From an uncultured Finegoldia sp. (GTDB lineage Bacteria > Bacillota > Clostridia > Tissierellales > Peptoniphilaceae), in contig NZ_CAMXVC010000001.1 in NCBI RefSeq assembly GCF_947252345.1, positions 39,544-103,543 on the forward strand: a stretch of 64,000 nucleotides of DNA, read 5' to 3'. Positions 9,530 through 19,408 of the stretch are shown piece by piece. Below the pieces are notes generated by a model that was not told the origin of the DNA, made no database searches, and was given only the letters and a program-made list of their open reading frames with translations. How positions within the stretch are numbered: the stretch's first letter is position 1; every line of letters starts with the position of its first letter. Made by a program: the position numbers and the translations under genes.

Positions 9530-12217
9530 TTAATTTTTGCTTTTGATGGATTTGAATATTTCTCCAGCCACAAATGGCAAAAATGCGCATGGCAAGATTA
9601 CTTTGTAGTGTTCGATGTGGAGTGGTATTGTTTCAAATACTTTGTTCACTCCAGGGATGTAGATTACTGCCAACATCATTGCCAACGACAATGACGTTCC
9701 CATCACCAATGCTTTGTTGGAGAATACTCCGATTTGAAATACAGATTTGTTGTCGCTTCTCACCGAGTAGCTTCTCAATAATTCGGACAAAATCAAAGTC
9801 GCAAATGCTACTGTTCGTGCAGATTCGATGTGTCCGTCGAAGTGATTTAGTCCGTAGTGATAAGCGAACAACGTCGCAATCGTAATCGCTATTGATTGCA
9901 CTGCGATGCTAATTCTCATATTCTTGTCGATGATAGGTTCCTTCGGTGAACGAGGATTTCTGTTCATAATGTCGGTTTCTCCCTTTTCAACTCCGAGTGC
10001 CATCGCTGGGAATGAATCTGTCACCAAATTTAGCCACAACAATTGGATTGGGATAAATGGAGTGTCCCATTTGAACATTATCGCCAAGAACACGATTAGA
10101 ATTTCTGCGATGTTGCAGCTCAACAAGAATGATACGAATTTTTTGATATTGGAATAAATTATTCTTCCTTCTTCAACTGCGTGGACAATTGTCGCAAAGT
10201 TGTCGTCCGTCAAGATAACTTCCGAAGTGTTCTTCGCAACGTCAGTTCCTGTGATTCCCATCGCAATTCCAATGTCCGCTTTTTTGATTGCAGGTGCGTC
10301 GTTTACTCCATCTCCTGTCATAGCTGCGATGTGTCCATTTTCCTTCAACGCTTTTACGATTTGAACTTTGTTTTGTGGCGAAACTCTCGCATAGACTCTC
10401 TTGACTTTGACGATTTCACGGATTTCATCGTCTGTCATATCGTTGAGTTCACTTCCCATAATCGCCTGTGAATCGTCCGTACAAATTCCCAAATCCTTTG
10501 CGATTGCAACTGCTGTTTCCAAATAATCCCCCGTTATCATAATCGGCGTTATTCCCGCAGTCTTGCATTCTTTGATGGCATCTTTAACTTCCAATCTCGG
10601 TGGGTCAATCATTCCCGAAAGCCCTACGAATACCATATTTTTTTCTACTGTGTCAGAATTTATCTCGCTTGGCAAATCGTCGTGTTCACGAAAAGCATAC
10701 GCAAGTACCCTCAGCGCTTGTTTTGCGTATTCGCTGTTTTTGTCCAATAATTTTTGTTTTAATTGTTCAGTAAACGGTTTGATTTCGCCGTCGATTAAAA
10801 TGTGGCTACATTTTTCGATTATTATATCCGGTGCGCCTTTTGTGAACGAAACGAGCTTATGATTCGAGAATTTGTCGTGGAATGTTGTCATCATTTTTCT
10901 TTCTGAATCGAAAGGAATTTCTTCCACTCTCGGATATTTTTCATTCGACATTTCTTTTGTTATGCCTTGTTTTCCAGCGGCTGTGTGAAGTGCCCCTTCC
11001 GTAGGGTCCCCAATGATTTTATACAATCCGTCGTCTTCGATTAATTTTGAATCATTTGTAAGGCTCATAATGTTGAGCAAAGTCTTAAGTGATTTCACGT
11101 CATCGTCTTGGATTTTTTTGTCGTCAATCAAATACTCGCCTTCTGGTTTGTATCCAGTTCCCGTGACGTCAATGTCTTTTCCGTCGATGTGTATTTTCTT
11201 CACCGTCATTTCGTTTTGTGTCAACGTTCCAGTCTTGTCCGAGCAAATCACTGTTGTTGTTCCCAGCGTTTCAACTGCCAACAATTTCTTGACGATGGCG
11301 TTTTTGTCTGCCATTCTTCCCATTCCAAGGCTCAAAACAATTGTGACAATTGCTGGAAGTCCTTCCGGAATCGCCGCAACTGCGAGTGATACAGCCGTCA
11401 TCAACATATTCAACGCGTCAAAATCATACAAGAAATATCCGACAGCAAACACGATTGCACACACGACTATTGTGATTATTCCGAGTTGCTTGGACAACTG
11501 TGCGAGCTTTCTTTGAAGAGGAGTTTGTTCGTCTTCGACCTCCGACAAGCTAGTCGCGATTTTCCCGATTTCTGTGTTTTGACCGATTTCTACAACTACG
11601 CCCTTCGCCCTACCGTAGCTGACGATGGAGGAGCTGTACGCCATATTTGTCCTGTCACCGATTGACACATCTGAAGTTATCTCGTCGTTTGCGTTTTTCT
11701 CAACGGAAACAGATTCTCCCGTCAGCGATGATTCGTCGATTTTTAAATTTGTAGATTCTATCAGTCTCAAATCAGCTGGAATAATATCCCCCGTTTCCAA
11801 CTCGACGACATCTCCCGGTAACAAATCTTTGGAATCGATGTGTTGCACCTGTCCGTCTCTGATTACCTTCGCTTTTGGGCTCGCCATTTTCTGCAACGCC
11901 TCGATAGCCTGTTCTGCCTTTCCCTCTTGATAAATAGAAAGCAGTGCATTCACGATGACAATCGCTATGATAATCAAACTATCTGTGATTTCTCCAATTG
12001 CAATCGACAAGATAGATGCGAAAAGCAAAATAATTATCATCGGGTCCAAAAACTGCTCTTTTAATTTGGTTGCCATCGACTTCTTCTTTTTTTCTTTCAG
12101 AGAATTTTTCCCGTATTTTTCCATCAAAGATGCAATCTTGTCATTCGATAGACCTTTTTCAATGTCTGTGTCGAGATTTTCCAGTACATCTTCTCTGTTT
12201 GTTTTATACCAATCCAA
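9530..12217 (-). CDS. P2-type cation-transporting P-type ATPase (Ca2+/Mn2+ efflux type)
   Basis: DKTGTLT phosphorylation motif. TGDGVNDAPAIKKADIGIAMG hinge. 10 TM helices. TTG start at 12217 with AGGAGGG RBS. Confidence 0.85.
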   Translation of the reverse strand: MDWYKTNREDVLENLDTDIEKGLSNDKIASLMEKYGKNSLKEKKKKSMATKLKEQFLDPMIIILLFASILSIAIGEITDSLIIIAIVIVNALLSIYQEGKAEQAIEALQKMASPKAKVIRDGQVQHIDSKDLLPGDVVELETGDIIPADLRLIESTNLKIDESSLTGESVSVEKNANDEITSDVSIGDRTNMAYSSSIVSYGRAKGVVVEIGQNTEIGKIATSLSEVEDEQTPLQRKLAQLSKQLGIITIVVCAIVFAVGYFLYDFDALNMLMTAVSLAVAAIPEGLPAIVTIVLSLGMGRMADKNAIVKKLLAVETLGTTTVICSDKTGTLTQNEMTVKKIHIDGKDIDVTGTGYKPEGEYLIDDKKIQDDDVKSLKTLLNIMSLTNDSKLIEDDGLYKIIGDPTEGALHTAAGKQGITKEMSNEKYPRVEEIPFDSERKMMTTFHDKFSNHKLVSFTKGAPDIIIEKCSHILIDGEIKPFTEQLKQKLLDKNSEYAKQALRVLAYAFREHDDLPSEINSDTVEKNMVFVGLSGMIDPPRLEVKDAIKECKTAGITPIMITGDYLETAVAIAKDLGICTDDSQAIMGSELNDMTDDEIREIVKVKRVYARVSPQNKVQIVKALKENGHIAAMTGDGVNDAPAIKKADIGIAMGITGTDVAKNTSEVILTDDNFATIVHAVEEGRIIYSNIKKFVSFLLSCNIAEILIVFLAIMFKWDTPFIPIQLLWLNLVTDSFPAMALGVEKGETDIMNRNPRSPKEPIIDKNMRISIAVQSIAITIATLFAYHYGLNHFDGHIESARTVAFATLILSELLRSYSVRSDNKSVFQIGVFSNKALVMGTSLSLAMMLAVIYIPGVNKVFETIPLHIEHYKVILPCAFLPFVAGEIFKSIKSKN

Positions 12218-12234
12218 TTTTTCCCTCCTGTTTT

Positions 12235-12348
12235 ATAATAAAAAAGACCTTCACCATAAATGGCAAAAGTCTTGCTAACCAAAGTGGTTTTGTGCCGGGT
12301 TAATACCGTAATGACGACACAATATTTTTAAGCTACTCCCTTTTGTAT
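12235..12348 (-). ncRNA. yybP-ykoY (Mn2+-sensing) riboswitch with terminator expression platform in the ATPase leader
   Basis: Minus-strand leader reads CAAAAGGGAGUAGC...GGUUAGCAAGACUUUUGCC, matching the conserved GGGGAGUAG and UUAGCAAGACC cores. P1 is CAAAAG/CUUUUG. Its 3' strand overlaps a hairpin AAGACUUUUGCCA-UUUA-UGGUGAAGGUCUU plus U6 immediately before the RBS. Confidence 0.55.
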
Positions 12349-12384
12349 AATATATATTCTATCAAAAGCATTTTTGAAATGCAA

Positions 12385-13143
12385 TTATTTTATTATTATC
12401 TGAAAAGTATCGTGTTCTTTTTTCATATTCACAATTTTCGTGTCCTCGTAATCGTGAGTGTCGATGAACTCGTCCACAATCGCCGGATTTTGCGTGAAGT
12501 GCATCGGAAACAAAACTTTCGGATGGCACTTTTCTACAAACTCGTTTACGCCCAAATCGTAGTTTTTTTTCAAACGAGGGTCAACTGGGAAAAATCCGAT
12601 ATCCAAATTGCCGAGCTTGTCGATTTCCTTCGAAAATCTGTCCTGCATACTTTTTCTGTCTTCCTCGGTGTCTTCCTCCCACGCCCAATTGTTGAGGTCA
12701 CCTGCGAAGAAAAACTTCAAGTGATTTGTTTCAAAATACACGCTGATTCCCATATCAGTTGAACCATAAGCTGTAAAATCAACTCCATAGACCGAAACGG
12801 ACTCTCCGACTTCGAGCTTGACTACATTCTTGTCGAAATGCTTCTTCAACAATTCGATGTTGTCCTCACCGAGAAACACGACATTGCCCTTAGTGTCATA
12901 ATCGAAAACATCTTCGTAAACATCTTCACTGACAATGTATGTAACATCACTCGCATTTTCATAATCAAAAATACTTTCGTTGTAGTGGTCGGCATGAGAA
13001 TGCGTCACAACGAATATAACCTTTTTGTCGTTCACATTTTTTGGCAACGTCCCTTGGAAATAATCGAAAATAATAATCTTGTCCTCAAACTCCAACGAAA
13101 ACGAGCTGTGATATATATATCTAATGTTCAAACTATCCTGCAT
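12385..13143 (-). CDS. MBL-fold metallo-hydrolase
   Basis: THSHADH motif (HxHxDH). Confidence 0.65.
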   Translation of the reverse strand: MQDSLNIRYIYHSSFSLEFEDKIIIFDYFQGTLPKNVNDKKVIFVVTHSHADHYNESIFDYENASDVTYIVSEDVYEDVFDYDTKGNVVFLGEDNIELLKKHFDKNVVKLEVGESVSVYGVDFTAYGSTDMGISVYFETNHLKFFFAGDLNNWAWEEDTEEDRKSMQDRFSKEIDKLGNLDIGFFPVDPRLKKNYDLGVNEFVEKCHPKVLFPMHFTQNPAIVDEFIDTHDYEDTKIVNMKKEHDTFQIIIK

Positions 13144-13200
13144 TATTAATCCCCCTACAATATATTAACACACAAAATGATAAATTACGCAAGAAAAGCC

Positions 13201-13992
13201 TCAAAAAACTTTTTTCAAGGCTTTGATGTAATCCAATCTGCTTTTTAAAACCGGAAAATTAATTTCTTTGCCGTCTTCGTCTTCGACCAACAATCCCGTA
13301 TTGAGTTTTTCGAACGAAACTTTTTTGTAGTTGTCAGAAAACAATTCGCAGTCCGTAGCGAAAACCGCTGCAATCAAATCCCAGATTATGATATAGTCCA
13401 ACTTGTAATCTTTTGAGTGAAAATCAAACCAAGCGTAGGCATTTTCTCGCAGATACTCGTATTTTTGAAAAATATCGTCAATTTCATCGAGCGTCACATA
13501 ATAATCGAGGCAATTATTGGCGTTTATTATGCTGATGTCTTTGAAATTTTTGAGCACAACCTCGCTCGACTTGTAATCGACAGAAAAATTCAACTCGTCC
13601 ATCTTCTTGCCATTGATAATCAAATCTTCGGTGATGGAACCCATCGACACAATCCTGCATTTGTCCACAATCGAATTGTCCAGTTCGTAAGCTTTTCTGA
13701 TGTTGTCCAAGCTTCCCAACGTCAACAAAGTGATATTTTCGTTTTCGTGGATTTTATCGACGATTTTTTCTGCCGCATCCTCATTCCCAAACGCCAACTC
13801 GTAGTCTAATTTCAAATCGTCGAACACTTTTTCCGTGGCGCCATTGACTACCTCAATTGTGTCGTTGCCGAAGGTCGTCGTCACCAATTTTATGTCGCAA
13901 TTTTTCTTGATTAGATACATCAGCGCTAAGAAATCGTCCACATCTCTGTGTCTGACCGCCAACGTGTTGTCAAAATCGACCATTATTTTCAT
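13201..13992 (-). CDS. hydrolase of uncertain family (HAD-like DxD N-terminus / nucleoside-hydrolase-like), first gene of the ABC operon
   Basis: N-terminus MVDFDNTLA plus a D..DD segment. Translationally coupled to the ABC ATPase. Confidence 0.35.
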   Translation of the reverse strand: MKIMVDFDNTLAVRHRDVDDFLALMYLIKKNCDIKLVTTTFGNDTIEVVNGATEKVFDDLKLDYELAFGNEDAAEKIVDKIHENENITLLTLGSLDNIRKAYELDNSIVDKCRIVSMGSITEDLIINGKKMDELNFSVDYKSSEVVLKNFKDISIINANNCLDYYVTLDEIDDIFQKYEYLRENAYAWFDFHSKDYKLDYIIIWDLIAAVFATDCELFSDNYKKVSFEKLNTGLLVEDEDGKEINFPVLKSRLDYIKALKKVF

Positions 13993-14612
13993 AATTTCAC
14001 TATCCTATCCGATAAAATTTCCGCATCGTCCCTGTCATGTGTCACCAAAATCGTGGTCATATTGTTGTGCGTGTGAATCTTCTTCAAAATATCTCGCAAT
14101 TTGAAACGAAGCTCATCATCAAGTCCCACGAAAGGTTCATCCAACAGTAAAACTTTCGGATTGAAACTTGCCGCCCTACAAAGGCTCACGCGTTTTTTCT
14201 CGCCACCCGATAATTCTCTGGGCTTTTTATTGTTGTAGCCTTTTAATTCTACAAGCTCTAACAATTCTTCAACTCTGGCTTTAATCTTTTTCTTGTCCAT
14301 ATTCCTTATTTTCATTCCAAATGCGATGTTTTTCTCGACATTCATATGCGGAAACAAGTACGAATCCTGCAACGCCATCGTTATATTTCTTTTGTGAACT
14401 GGGATATTTGTTATGTCCAAATCGTCCAACAGAACCTTCCCCTTTGTCGGAAATTCCAATCCCGCAATTATTTTCAGTATCGTGGATTTGCCCACTCCGG
14501 ATTTTCCAAATAACGTGATAAATTCCCCGTCCTTTACCTTCAAATTAAAATCGTCGAGGATTAATTTGTCGTCGTATTTGAATGTTATATCTCGTAATTC
14601 TAATTTATTCAT
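13989..14612 (-). CDS. ABC transporter ATP-binding protein
   Basis: Walker A GKSGVGKST. Signature LSGGEKKRV. Walker B LLLDEP. Start chosen at MNKLELRDITF with AAGGA RBS. Confidence 0.85.
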   Translation of the reverse strand: MNKLELRDITFKYDDKLILDDFNLKVKDGEFITLFGKSGVGKSTILKIIAGLEFPTKGKVLLDDLDITNIPVHKRNITMALQDSYLFPHMNVEKNIAFGMKIRNMDKKKIKARVEELLELVELKGYNNKKPRELSGGEKKRVSLCRAASFNPKVLLLDEPFVGLDDELRFKLRDILKKIHTHNNMTTILVTHDRDDAEILSDRIVKL

Positions 14613-15381
14613 TATTTTCAACCATCCTTCTCGAAAAATAATTGCTGACAAAATATACCGCAAAACAAATCAACAAAAATACAACTGAGTACACGCTCGA
14701 AACGTGCCTGTCCTTTTCTTTCAGTATAGGGAAAATCACCGTCGAAAAAGTGTTGACCAATCCCCCGCCAATCAAAAAGTTGACGATGTATTGGCTGAAA
14801 CTCACGATGAAACTCATAAAAAATGCCGCCAAGAGTGCTGGCAAATAAAGTGGCAGATTGATGTGAATCAACGTTTGAACATCATTTGCCCCTAAAAGTC
14901 TGGCTTGGTTTTCGTAATTTATCCCAACCGAGCTTATCACAGGCTCGATTATCAAAAAGCAATACGGAATACACTGAAATATATGCACAATCATAACGCC
15001 GGACACTTTGTTTGCAAGTGACAATCTAAGAAAATTCAAGTGCAGCCCTATCGCCAAGCTCATGACCGGAAGAAGTATGGGAATAAAAAGTATGACTCTA
15101 AAAACCGATTTGAATTTGAAATTGTACAACGCTATCGCCTTTGCAGCCGGATATGTAAAAACAATCGACAATATCGCAACTGAACTGCTTATTCCAATGC
15201 TCTTCAAAATTATGGTTAAATTGTCTTTGTTCGTCAACAGCGATTTCCACGCCCTCACTGTAAAAAGTTGTGGCACCATTTTGTTGTACGGCCAGCTTTC
15301 TACAAAAGCCCACATAATCATATAAACTACAGGAACTACGAAAAACACCGTCAGCACAATTCTCGTTATTTTCTTATTCAT
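14605..15381 (-). CDS. ABC transporter permease
   Basis: 6-TM permease. Overlaps both neighbouring genes. Confidence 0.7.
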   Translation of the reverse strand: MNKKITRIVLTVFFVVPVVYMIMWAFVESWPYNKMVPQLFTVRAWKSLLTNKDNLTIILKSIGISSSVAILSIVFTYPAAKAIALYNFKFKSVFRVILFIPILLPVMSLAIGLHLNFLRLSLANKVSGVMIVHIFQCIPYCFLIIEPVISSVGINYENQARLLGANDVQTLIHINLPLYLPALLAAFFMSFIVSFSQYIVNFLIGGGLVNTFSTVIFPILKEKDRHVSSVYSVVFLLICFAVYFVSNYFSRRMVENNE

Positions 15382-16252
15382 AGTTGGCCTCCTCTGATAT
15401 CATCTTGTTGTAACTGATGCAAAAAATCACAAATCCTATCGCCCCTATCAATAACAAAATATTGTTGATGACCATCGAATACAAATGGTCTTCCATTTCA
15501 GCAGAAGTGTAGTAAATCATCGAAATTTCCGACAAAGTCTTGGGATAACTCGGCCCCAAAATAACCGGAAGTTCATACGATGAAAATGTGTATGTGAATA
15601 TCACGACGAAACAATACACAATGTTTGAAAAAATCATCGGCAATGTGACTTTAAAAAAAGTCTGAACTTTATTCGCTCCCAAAAGATAAGCCTGACTTTT
15701 GTATTCATCAGAAATTCTCATCAAAACGGAGCTCATCGTGTAGCCTACAAATGCCATCTCTTTGAATACAAATGCAATCACAATTCCAATAGAATTTTTG
15801 TCGTAAACGAAGGATGGAAATTGTTCAAAATTTTTGATAATTCCAACATCGTACATAATCCTCGAAATCAATCCCGTTTGACCGAGCATTTGATAAATCA
15901 AAACCCCGACAATCATATGCGGAAGTATTATTCCAAGTTGAATCATATCCATAACGTATTTGTCTTTTTTTGCCTTCAAATAGAACGCCAACACAGTTCC
16001 CAAAAATATAGATATCACAGACGAGGATATCGAATAGCCAAACGTGAATTTCAAAGAGTCGATAAATTCCTTTGATTTTAGAATTTCACGGTAGTATTTT
16101 GTTGTGAATTTGGTCAAACCTATTTGCTCGTAAATGCCAAAACTCTGTTTTAGCGATTGACCCATTGACAAAAAAGTAATCGCTAAAACAAATACAACTA
16201 TTGGCATTACATAAATGTAAGGTTTTATTTTTGTAAAATTTCTTTTTCCCAT
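15374..16252 (-). CDS. ABC transporter permease
   Basis: Multi-TM permease with an EAA-like loop. Confidence 0.7.
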   Translation of the reverse strand: MGKRNFTKIKPYIYVMPIVVFVLAITFLSMGQSLKQSFGIYEQIGLTKFTTKYYREILKSKEFIDSLKFTFGYSISSSVISIFLGTVLAFYLKAKKDKYVMDMIQLGIILPHMIVGVLIYQMLGQTGLISRIMYDVGIIKNFEQFPSFVYDKNSIGIVIAFVFKEMAFVGYTMSSVLMRISDEYKSQAYLLGANKVQTFFKVTLPMIFSNIVYCFVVIFTYTFSSYELPVILGPSYPKTLSEISMIYYTSAEMEDHLYSMVINNILLLIGAIGFVIFCISYNKMISEEANYE

Positions 16253-17484
16253 ATCTTTTCAAATTGTGGCACAAGTTTCGCTGGCATTTCAGGGATTCTC
16301 TTTTCTTGCAATTCTTTTAGTGGAAGCGTTGCGATTCCCAAATCCATTTTATCGAGTTTTTGTTTTTCATCAGCTGATAATTTGTTGATGTCAAAAACAG
16401 GCATATCTCCCAACACTTTTGGTTGTGCTTTTTCCAATTGCATTTCAAAAGAAAGCATAGCATCTATCATACACATTGCCCCTTCTTTGTTTTGAGAGCC
16501 TTCTGCAATCGCCAAGAAGTGAGTGTTTCCAATCATACCCTTGTCCAAAAGGAATGTCCTCGTAGTTTTTGGATAATTTCCCTTTGCAATTTCCGCATCT
16601 GCCGCCGATGGATTGTAACTCATCGTCATATAAACTTCGCCGTCACGATACATATTGTTGAGCGTTCCTTGGTCTTTAGGATATACTTTCCCTTCCTTCC
16701 ACAAGTATGGTTTTATTTCTTTCAAATAATCCAACGCCGGTTTTATTTTTCCTGTGAGTTCTTCTTCGGAGAAATTTTTGCTTGTGTCCATAAATTGTTT
16801 GTAACCTACGGTGTTGCTGATGATATTTCTCACGAATGCAGAAGATGTGAAATCAGGCATTTGTGCGTAAGTGAACTTGCCCGGATTTTTCTTAATCCAC
16901 TCTTTTAACTCGTCGAGATTTTTAGGTGGATTTGGAACTTTTGCAGTGTCGTAAATCAAAACCAATTGAGCCTTTCCATAAGGAGCTTCGTAGCCATCTG
17001 TCGGATTTGCAAAATCGTATTTTACATCAGAAGATTCTTTGTCGATGTATTTGTTGAAGTTTGGAAGCTTGTCGGTGAATGGACCGAACAACAACCCCTG
17101 TTTTTTGTTGGAGTAGAAGTTTTCCCCATTAATCCACACAACATCTACGTTACTCGGTTTGTTGGCTTGCTTTTCGTTCATCAACAAATTGTTGATTGCG
17201 TCGATGTCCATTGGAACTCTTTTAACTTTGATTCCGTAAGTTTTTTCTGCGTATGGAATGAATGTCTTGTCGATAAAATCATTTCTGAGAATATCTCCGC
17301 CATATCCATAAAAATTCACAGTTTTCCCCTTTGCCTTGGCCTTGATTTCGTCAAAGCTCATATCACTGATTTTCTTTTCACTTTTTGACTCCTGTTTGTT
17401 ATCAGTTTTTTGATTGTTAGAACAAGCTGTGATAACAATTAACATAAGAACAAGAAAAATTTTAAAAATGTTTTTCTTTCTCAT
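16225..17484 (-). CDS. ABC transporter substrate-binding lipoprotein (family 1 SBP, substrate unknown)
   Basis: Lipobox LIVITAC. GGAGGG RBS. Large periplasmic-binding-protein-like sequence. Confidence 0.7.
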   Translation of the reverse strand: MRKKNIFKIFLVLMLIVITACSNNQKTDNKQESKSEKKISDMSFDEIKAKAKGKTVNFYGYGGDILRNDFIDKTFIPYAEKTYGIKVKRVPMDIDAINNLLMNEKQANKPSNVDVVWINGENFYSNKKQGLLFGPFTDKLPNFNKYIDKESSDVKYDFANPTDGYEAPYGKAQLVLIYDTAKVPNPPKNLDELKEWIKKNPGKFTYAQMPDFTSSAFVRNIISNTVGYKQFMDTSKNFSEEELTGKIKPALDYLKEIKPYLWKEGKVYPKDQGTLNNMYRDGEVYMTMSYNPSAADAEIAKGNYPKTTRTFLLDKGMIGNTHFLAIAEGSQNKEGAMCMIDAMLSFEMQLEKAQPKVLGDMPVFDINKLSADEKQKLDKMDLGIATLPLKELQEKRIPEMPAKLVPQFEKIWEKEILQK

Positions 17485-17630
17485 ATTTCCCTCCTTTTAT
17501 TTATATTTTTAGTATAACATTTTATATAATTTTCTCGCAAAATTTTTTAATATTCTCCAATCATCAGAAATCGTCAATAAACCACAAATATTTTTGTTGT
17601 AGTATAATATTAATAACGAAAGGATGTTTT

Positions 17631-18101
17631 ATGAAAAAGACAAATGCAATGAGAATACTCGACAGAGAAAAAATTGGGTATAAATTTATAGAATACTCCG
17701 TAGGAGATGATGTCAGCGGCGAAAATGTCGCCAAGAAATTGAACGAGGATGAATCTTTCGTTTTCAAAACGCTTGTAACCGTTTCGAATACCAACGAGCA
17801 TTTTGTGTTCGTCGTAGCTGTGAAAGACGAGTTGGATTTGAAAAAGTGTGCGAAAGCCTGTGGAGTGAAAAAACTCGAAATGATTCACGTCAAGGATTTG
17901 CTCAAAACAACCGGCTACATCAGAGGCGGTTGCTCTCCTATCGGAATGAAGACGAAGTTTAGGACTTTTATTGACGAGAGTTGCGAAGACAAAGAGTATA
18001 TTTATGTGTCAGGGGGTAAAATTGGCACGCAAATTAAAATCAATCCCGTGGATTTGATAAAAATTTGTGATATTACTGTGAAAGATATTAAGAAGGGGTA
18101 G
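17631..18101 (+). CDS. ybaK: Cys-tRNA(Pro)/Cys-tRNA(Cys) deacylase YbaK
   Basis: 156 aa. Segment IRGGCSPIGMK. YbaK-like length and pattern. Confidence 0.75.
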   Translation: MKKTNAMRILDREKIGYKFIEYSVGDDVSGENVAKKLNEDESFVFKTLVTVSNTNEHFVFVVAVKDELDLKKCAKACGVKKLEMIHVKDLLKTTGYIRGGCSPIGMKTKFRTFIDESCEDKEYIYVSGGKIGTQIKINPVDLIKICDITVKDIKKG

Positions 18102-18103
18102 AT

Positions 18104-19408
18104 ATGGATTACGAAAAACAGCTCGAGGCTGTGGTTGACTTCATCAAAAGCGGTGAGAAAAGCGAAGAAGATTTTACGATTGGAATGGAGATGGAGCATT
18201 TCATAATAGACAAGGACAGTTTGAAAACTGTGTCGTATTTCGGAAAAAACGGAATCGGTGAGAGTTTGAAGGAGCTTCATAGAAATGGATTTGTCGCCTA
18301 CAAAGAGGGAGATTACATTCTCGGACTTGAAAACGATGATTTGGCTGTGTCGACAGAGCCTGGCAGTCAATTCGAGGTCGCTTTATCATCAAAGTTAAAA
18401 ATTGATGAGTTGAAGGATATCTACTTAAAAAATATGAGAAATTTGGTTAAATTTTTCGATTCGAAAAACCAAAAGATTGTAACGTTGGGCTATCATCCGG
18501 TGACAAAAATCGACGAGATTACAATCCTTCCCAAAAAAAGATACGATTTTATGTACAAGTATTTCAACACAAAAGGCACGATGGCGCACAATATGATGAA
18601 GGGAACTTGTTCGTTGCAATGCAGCATCGACTACTCATCAGAAGAAGATTTTGTCAAAAAATACAAAGTCACAAACTGTTTGTCGCCCGTTTTGTACGCC
18701 TTGTTTGACAATGCCTACATTTTTGAGGGAGAGCCTGCGAAAAGTCGCAATATGAGAGAAATCATCTGGGAGAACACCGACAAGGACAGGTCTGGAATTT
18801 ATCCATTTAGCTTCGACGGCGATTTGAGCTACAAAAAATACGCCGAACACATTTTGAACACGCCGTTGATTTTCTCTTTTGACGACAATCGCAACCCCGT
18901 CTACGTCGGAGAAAAAAAATTCAAGGACGTGTTCGACGATGTCAAGGATGTGGATATGATTTTTCACGCGTTGTCGATAGTCTTTCCCGATGTCCGAGTG
19001 AAAAAATACATCGAGATACGAATGATGGATGAAATCAAATACCCTCTCAATTTCGCTGCGATAGCCTTGATTAAAGGGTTGTTCTACGACAAAAACAATT
19101 TGGACAAATTGTCGGAGATTTTCAAAGACACTACCTACGATATGTGTATGAAGGCAAAAATAGATTCCAGACAAAAAGGACTTAACGCCGAATTTTTGGG
19201 CACAACTATGTTGGATTTTTCGAAAAATTTGGTTAAAATGGCAAAAGATGCCCTCGTTGATGGCGAAAAGAAATATCTCGTCGCGCTGGAAAATATGCTA
19301 GAAACGGGAATGAATCCACGAGATAAATTTGAACAAACTTACAAAAAAGAAGGATTGCGACAAGCTGTCATAGAACAAGAACTCAATTTGGAGGATTTAG
19401 ATGTATAA
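18104..19408 (+). CDS. gshA: glutamate--cysteine ligase (GshA-type)
   Basis: 434 aa. N-terminal GMEMEHF block resembles the GshA G-x-E-R-E core. Followed by an overlapping partner gene. Confidence 0.6.
   Translation: MDYEKQLEAVVDFIKSGEKSEEDFTIGMEMEHFIIDKDSLKTVSYFGKNGIGESLKELHRNGFVAYKEGDYILGLENDDLAVSTEPGSQFEVALSSKLKIDELKDIYLKNMRNLVKFFDSKNQKIVTLGYHPVTKIDEITILPKKRYDFMYKYFNTKGTMAHNMMKGTCSLQCSIDYSSEEDFVKKYKVTNCLSPVLYALFDNAYIFEGEPAKSRNMREIIWENTDKDRSGIYPFSFDGDLSYKKYAEHILNTPLIFSFDDNRNPVYVGEKKFKDVFDDVKDVDMIFHALSIVFPDVRVKKYIEIRMMDEIKYPLNFAAIALIKGLFYDKNNLDKLSEIFKDTTYDMCMKAKIDSRQKGLNAEFLGTTMLDFSKNLVKMAKDALVDGEKKYLVALENMLETGMNPRDKFEQTYKKEGLRQAVIEQELNLEDLDV

Noticed and set aside
9574-12303. Multiple plus-strand ORFs (60-167 aa) inside the P-type ATPase gene
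   Set aside because: They are antisense to a well-supported 895-aa CDS and have no RBS, so they are typical shadow ORFs in AT-rich DNA.
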